64,000 nt of DNA from an uncultured Clostridia bacterium (GTDB lineage: Bacteria > Bacillota > Clostridia > Oscillospirales > QAMX01). The number at the start of each line of letters is the position of its first letter. Positions within the stretch are counted from its first letter, which is position 1. A program made the translations under genes and the position numbers. Below, one piece after another: positions 61,855 to 64,000 of this stretch. The DNA is taken from contig CALWBW010000003.1 in assembly GCA_944376195.1 (NCBI GenBank), positions 2,707 through 66,706 on the forward strand, given 5' to 3'. The notes beneath the pieces were generated by a model, which saw only the letters and a program-made list of their open reading frames with translations, did not search any database and had not been told where the DNA came from.

Positions 61855-63531
61855 ATGGATATGCGAAGCAGAAAATTTTACCGATTCGGCGCATGCTTTC
61901 TTGTATTGCTTCTTTTGTTGTCCGGCCTGGCGGGCTGCAGGACAGAACAACAAGGGGAAAATGTTGTAATTCTTTATACAAACGATGTCCACTGTGCGGT
62001 AGATAGCTATATCGGGTATGCCGGACTTGCAGCATATAAGGCGTGGATGCAGGAGAGCACTCCCTATGTGACGCTGGTAGACTGCGGGGATGCTCTGCAG
62101 GGGGATATTATTGGCACCATATCCCAGGGCGAGTATTTGATAGATATTATGAACCAGATCGGATATGACTTTGCTGTGCTGGGAAATCATGAGTTTGATT
62201 ACGGCATGAAGCAACTTCAAACCCTGCTGGAAGAGGCGGAGACACAATATTTGGGCTGTAATATCCGGTATACAGGTACTGGTTTGAATGCTGTTTCGTC
62301 CCTCAAGCCTTATGAGCTTGTCTCATATGGGGAGATAATGGTGGCTTTTGTAGGAGTCTCTACCCCGGAAAGCATTGCCCAGTCTACGCCTGCATATTTT
62401 ATGGACGAGTCCGGTGACCTGGTCTATGATTTTTACGGAGACAGCGGAGAGACGCTGTATATGCAGGTTCAGGAAACGGTGGACGCGTGCCGTGAGGAAG
62501 GCGCAGACTATGTCGTTGTGTTGGCGCATTTGGGAGACGACGAGAATTTTGCTCCTTTTCGTTCTATCGATTTAATTGCCGCTACTACCGGCATTGACGT
62601 AGTGTTGGATGGCCATTCTCACAGTGTGATACCTTGTGATATTGTAAACAATAAAAACGGAGAAAAGGTGCTGCTGTCTTCAACCGGCACGGGACTTATG
62701 AATATTGGACAGCTGGTGATTACGGCCGATGGAAATCTTACCGCCGGGCTCATCAGTGATTTTCCGGATGTTGATGAGGAAACCGATATCTTTGTAAAGG
62801 AGATACAGAGCCAATACGAGACGGAAATGAATCGAACGATAGCCTATACCGATGTGCAGCTTACTACCAAGTCGGAGTCTGCCATCCGTTTAGTCCGAAA
62901 CCGCGAGACCAATTTGGGTGATTTGTGCGCCGACGCGTATCGGGCGGTTTCCGGGGCGGATATTGCCTTTGTCAACGGCGGCGGCATTCGTGCCGATATA
63001 GAAGCGGGGGATATTTCCTATGGAGAGATCATCGCCGTCCAGCCATACGGCAACACGCTTTGCGTTGTCGAGGCAACAGGCCAGGAAATTTTGGACGCAC
63101 TGGAAATAGCCAGCCGGTCAACGATGGCAGAAATGAGCGACGGTGAAAATGCTGTTGGCGAAAACGGCGGTTTTTTACAGGTGTCGGGGCTTAAATACAC
63201 AATTGACACTTCCATTCCTTCCACAGTTGAAATGGATAATGCAGGAATGTTTGTATCTTTGGGAGAAAACCGGCGAGTCAAAGACGTACAGGTGTTGCAG
63301 GCGGATGAAAGTTATGTACCAATCGATCCGGCGAAGACTTATACGCTGGCTTCCCACAATTATCTGTTGAAACAGGGCGGCGACGGTTTGAATTTATTTA
63401 CGGACAACGTATTGACTATAAATGAGGGTATGCTGGATTACCAGGTGCTTATCACCTACATTACCGACTATCTCGGCGGTACGATAGGTAGTGATTATGC
63501 CCAGCCTCAGGGCCGGATCACAGTTGAATAG
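61855..63531 (+). CDS. Bifunctional metallophosphatase/5'-nucleotidase lipoprotein (UshA-like)
   Basis: Lipobox LLLLSGLAGC. Metallophosphoesterase motifs NDVHC, DCGDALQG, GNHEFD, and a 5'-nucleotidase C-terminal domain. Confidence 0.85.
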   Translation: MDMRSRKFYRFGACFLVLLLLLSGLAGCRTEQQGENVVILYTNDVHCAVDSYIGYAGLAAYKAWMQESTPYVTLVDCGDALQGDIIGTISQGEYLIDIMNQIGYDFAVLGNHEFDYGMKQLQTLLEEAETQYLGCNIRYTGTGLNAVSSLKPYELVSYGEIMVAFVGVSTPESIAQSTPAYFMDESGDLVYDFYGDSGETLYMQVQETVDACREEGADYVVVLAHLGDDENFAPFRSIDLIAATTGIDVVLDGHSHSVIPCDIVNNKNGEKVLLSSTGTGLMNIGQLVITADGNLTAGLISDFPDVDEETDIFVKEIQSQYETEMNRTIAYTDVQLTTKSESAIRLVRNRETNLGDLCADAYRAVSGADIAFVNGGGIRADIEAGDISYGEIIAVQPYGNTLCVVEATGQEILDALEIASRSTMAEMSDGENAVGENGGFLQVSGLKYTIDTSIPSTVEMDNAGMFVSLGENRRVKDVQVLQADESYVPIDPAKTYTLASHNYLLKQGGDGLNLFTDNVLTINEGMLDYQVLITYITDYLGGTIGSDYAQPQGRITVE

Positions 63532-63966
63532 GCAGGGTCTGGCCTGCTAAAAATTAACAGCGGAATACAATCCCTCAGATTGTGGTTTCCGGGCTGATAT
63601 GCTATAATATGTCGTATCTGAAATGGGCCCGTATTTGACTGTTTTGTTCTGGCGGTAATATTTTCGAGTTTGATATTTTCTTTTCGCGGCGCCCATAGCG
63701 CATCTATGTATCGGAACATCAGGGAGACTGGTGAGCGAAAGGGTTAAGTTTCCGTCGGCAGCCGGCCTGCGGAAAGAGGTTTTTTGATTTATTGAATCCG
63801 AATAAAACAATGATTTAAATGAAGGGTGGCAACGGGTCGTTTTTTGACGGACAGGCGGCGACATCGGAGGCCAGGAAGACACTGCGCGTTGTGCTTATGG
63901 CGATCAAAGCAACCACGAAGGTATTCGCGTTATGGCTGGGAAATAGGGAGGGTGAGGTGAAACGGT

Positions 63967-64000
63967 ATGCTGCGTATTGGAATATGCGACGATAATCAGG
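63967..64000 (+). CDS. Possible response-regulator gene start (runs off the window)
   Basis: ATG after GGGAGGGTGAGG. MLRIGICDDNQ resembles the N-terminus of LytTR/OmpR-type receivers. Only 11 codons are visible. Confidence 0.3.
   Translation, partial: MLRIGICDDNQ

Noticed and set aside
63690-63790. Cobalamin-riboswitch-like AGGGAgacTGGTGagcgaaaGGG stretch upstream of the possible response-regulator gene.
   Set aside because: No B12 box (GCCACTG) is present, and no convincing multi-stem junction could be drawn.
63819-63995. 58-codon ORF (MKGGNGSFFDGQAATSEARK...) overlapping the putative response-regulator start.
   Set aside because: It has no RBS and no recognisable family, and it overlaps a better-supported start with GGGAGGGTGAGG. 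It is probably not coding.
1-64000. Search for CRISPR arrays, tRNA/rRNA genes, IS elements, integrases and toxin-antitoxin or known defence-system genes.
   Set aside because: No regularly spaced direct repeats were seen. No cloverleaf-like or rRNA-like segments occur in the intergenic regions. None of the ORF products have transposase, recombinase, nuclease or NTPase defence signatures. The scan was visual, so short elements could have been missed.

Overview
This window looks like a chromosomal segment from a high-GC Clostridia-type organism (Oscillospiraceae/Ruminococcaceae-like gene content). I found no rRNA, tRNA, CRISPR array or obvious transposase or integrase.

Gene content, left to right:
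- 1-5.8 kb: 3' end of rpoC and the str operon (L7Ae-like, rpsL, rpsG, fusA, tuf).
- 5.9-8.6 kb: an intracellular GH10 enzyme and an SLH-anchored surface protein.
- 8.7-11.8 kb: Feo iron-uptake operon 1 (feoA-feoA-feoB-Cys-rich).
- 11.9-18.0 kb: nucleoside phosphorylase, an unusual Pro/Gly/His-rich ArsR-like regulator, rlmA, uracil permease and a GH39 enzyme.
- 18.1-29.2 kb: an 11-kb minus-strand nitrogen-assimilation supercluster. It reads glnA, ANTAR pseudo-receiver regulator, gltB, gltD, an Amt-PII fusion and an orphan carA.
- 29.3-36.7 kb: xylB, a GpsA-like dehydrogenase, an MFS transporter, a DUF2975/YozG pair and deoC-deoB-cdd.
- 36.9-41.4 kb: a putative H2-sensing operon (2Fe-2S ferredoxin, HydS-type sensory [FeFe]-hydrogenase with PAS domain, PP2C phosphatase, catalytic-type [FeFe]-hydrogenase).
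- 42.0-47.6 kb: a 907-aa SLH surface protein, a GH43 enzyme and a URO-D-like protein.
- 47.8-50.4 kb: a second, paralogous Feo operon.

At about 50.4 kb the base composition drops visibly, judged by eye and not computed. The lower-GC part carries:
- a stand-alone GMP-synthase ATP-PPase gene with no GATase domain;
- a BlaR1/BlaI-type pair whose repressor gene has an in-frame amber codon;
- a truncated amino-acid ABC permease;
- a 5'-nucleotidase lipoprotein.

Most interesting candidate: a sigma-factor-less partner-switching cassette at 55986-61834. It consists of a STAS protein, a divergent S-adenosylhomocysteine-hydrolase-fold protein, a MATE transporter fused to an RsbW-like GHKL domain, and a QueT-like membrane domain fused to HAMP, PP2C and a second GHKL domain. 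I do not recognise this composition as a described system.

Other leads:
- a GTTAG-N6-CTAAC inverted repeat present at both feo promoters and in the feoA-feoB spacer;
- a terminator/antiterminator leader upstream of glnA;
- the Amt-PII fusion.
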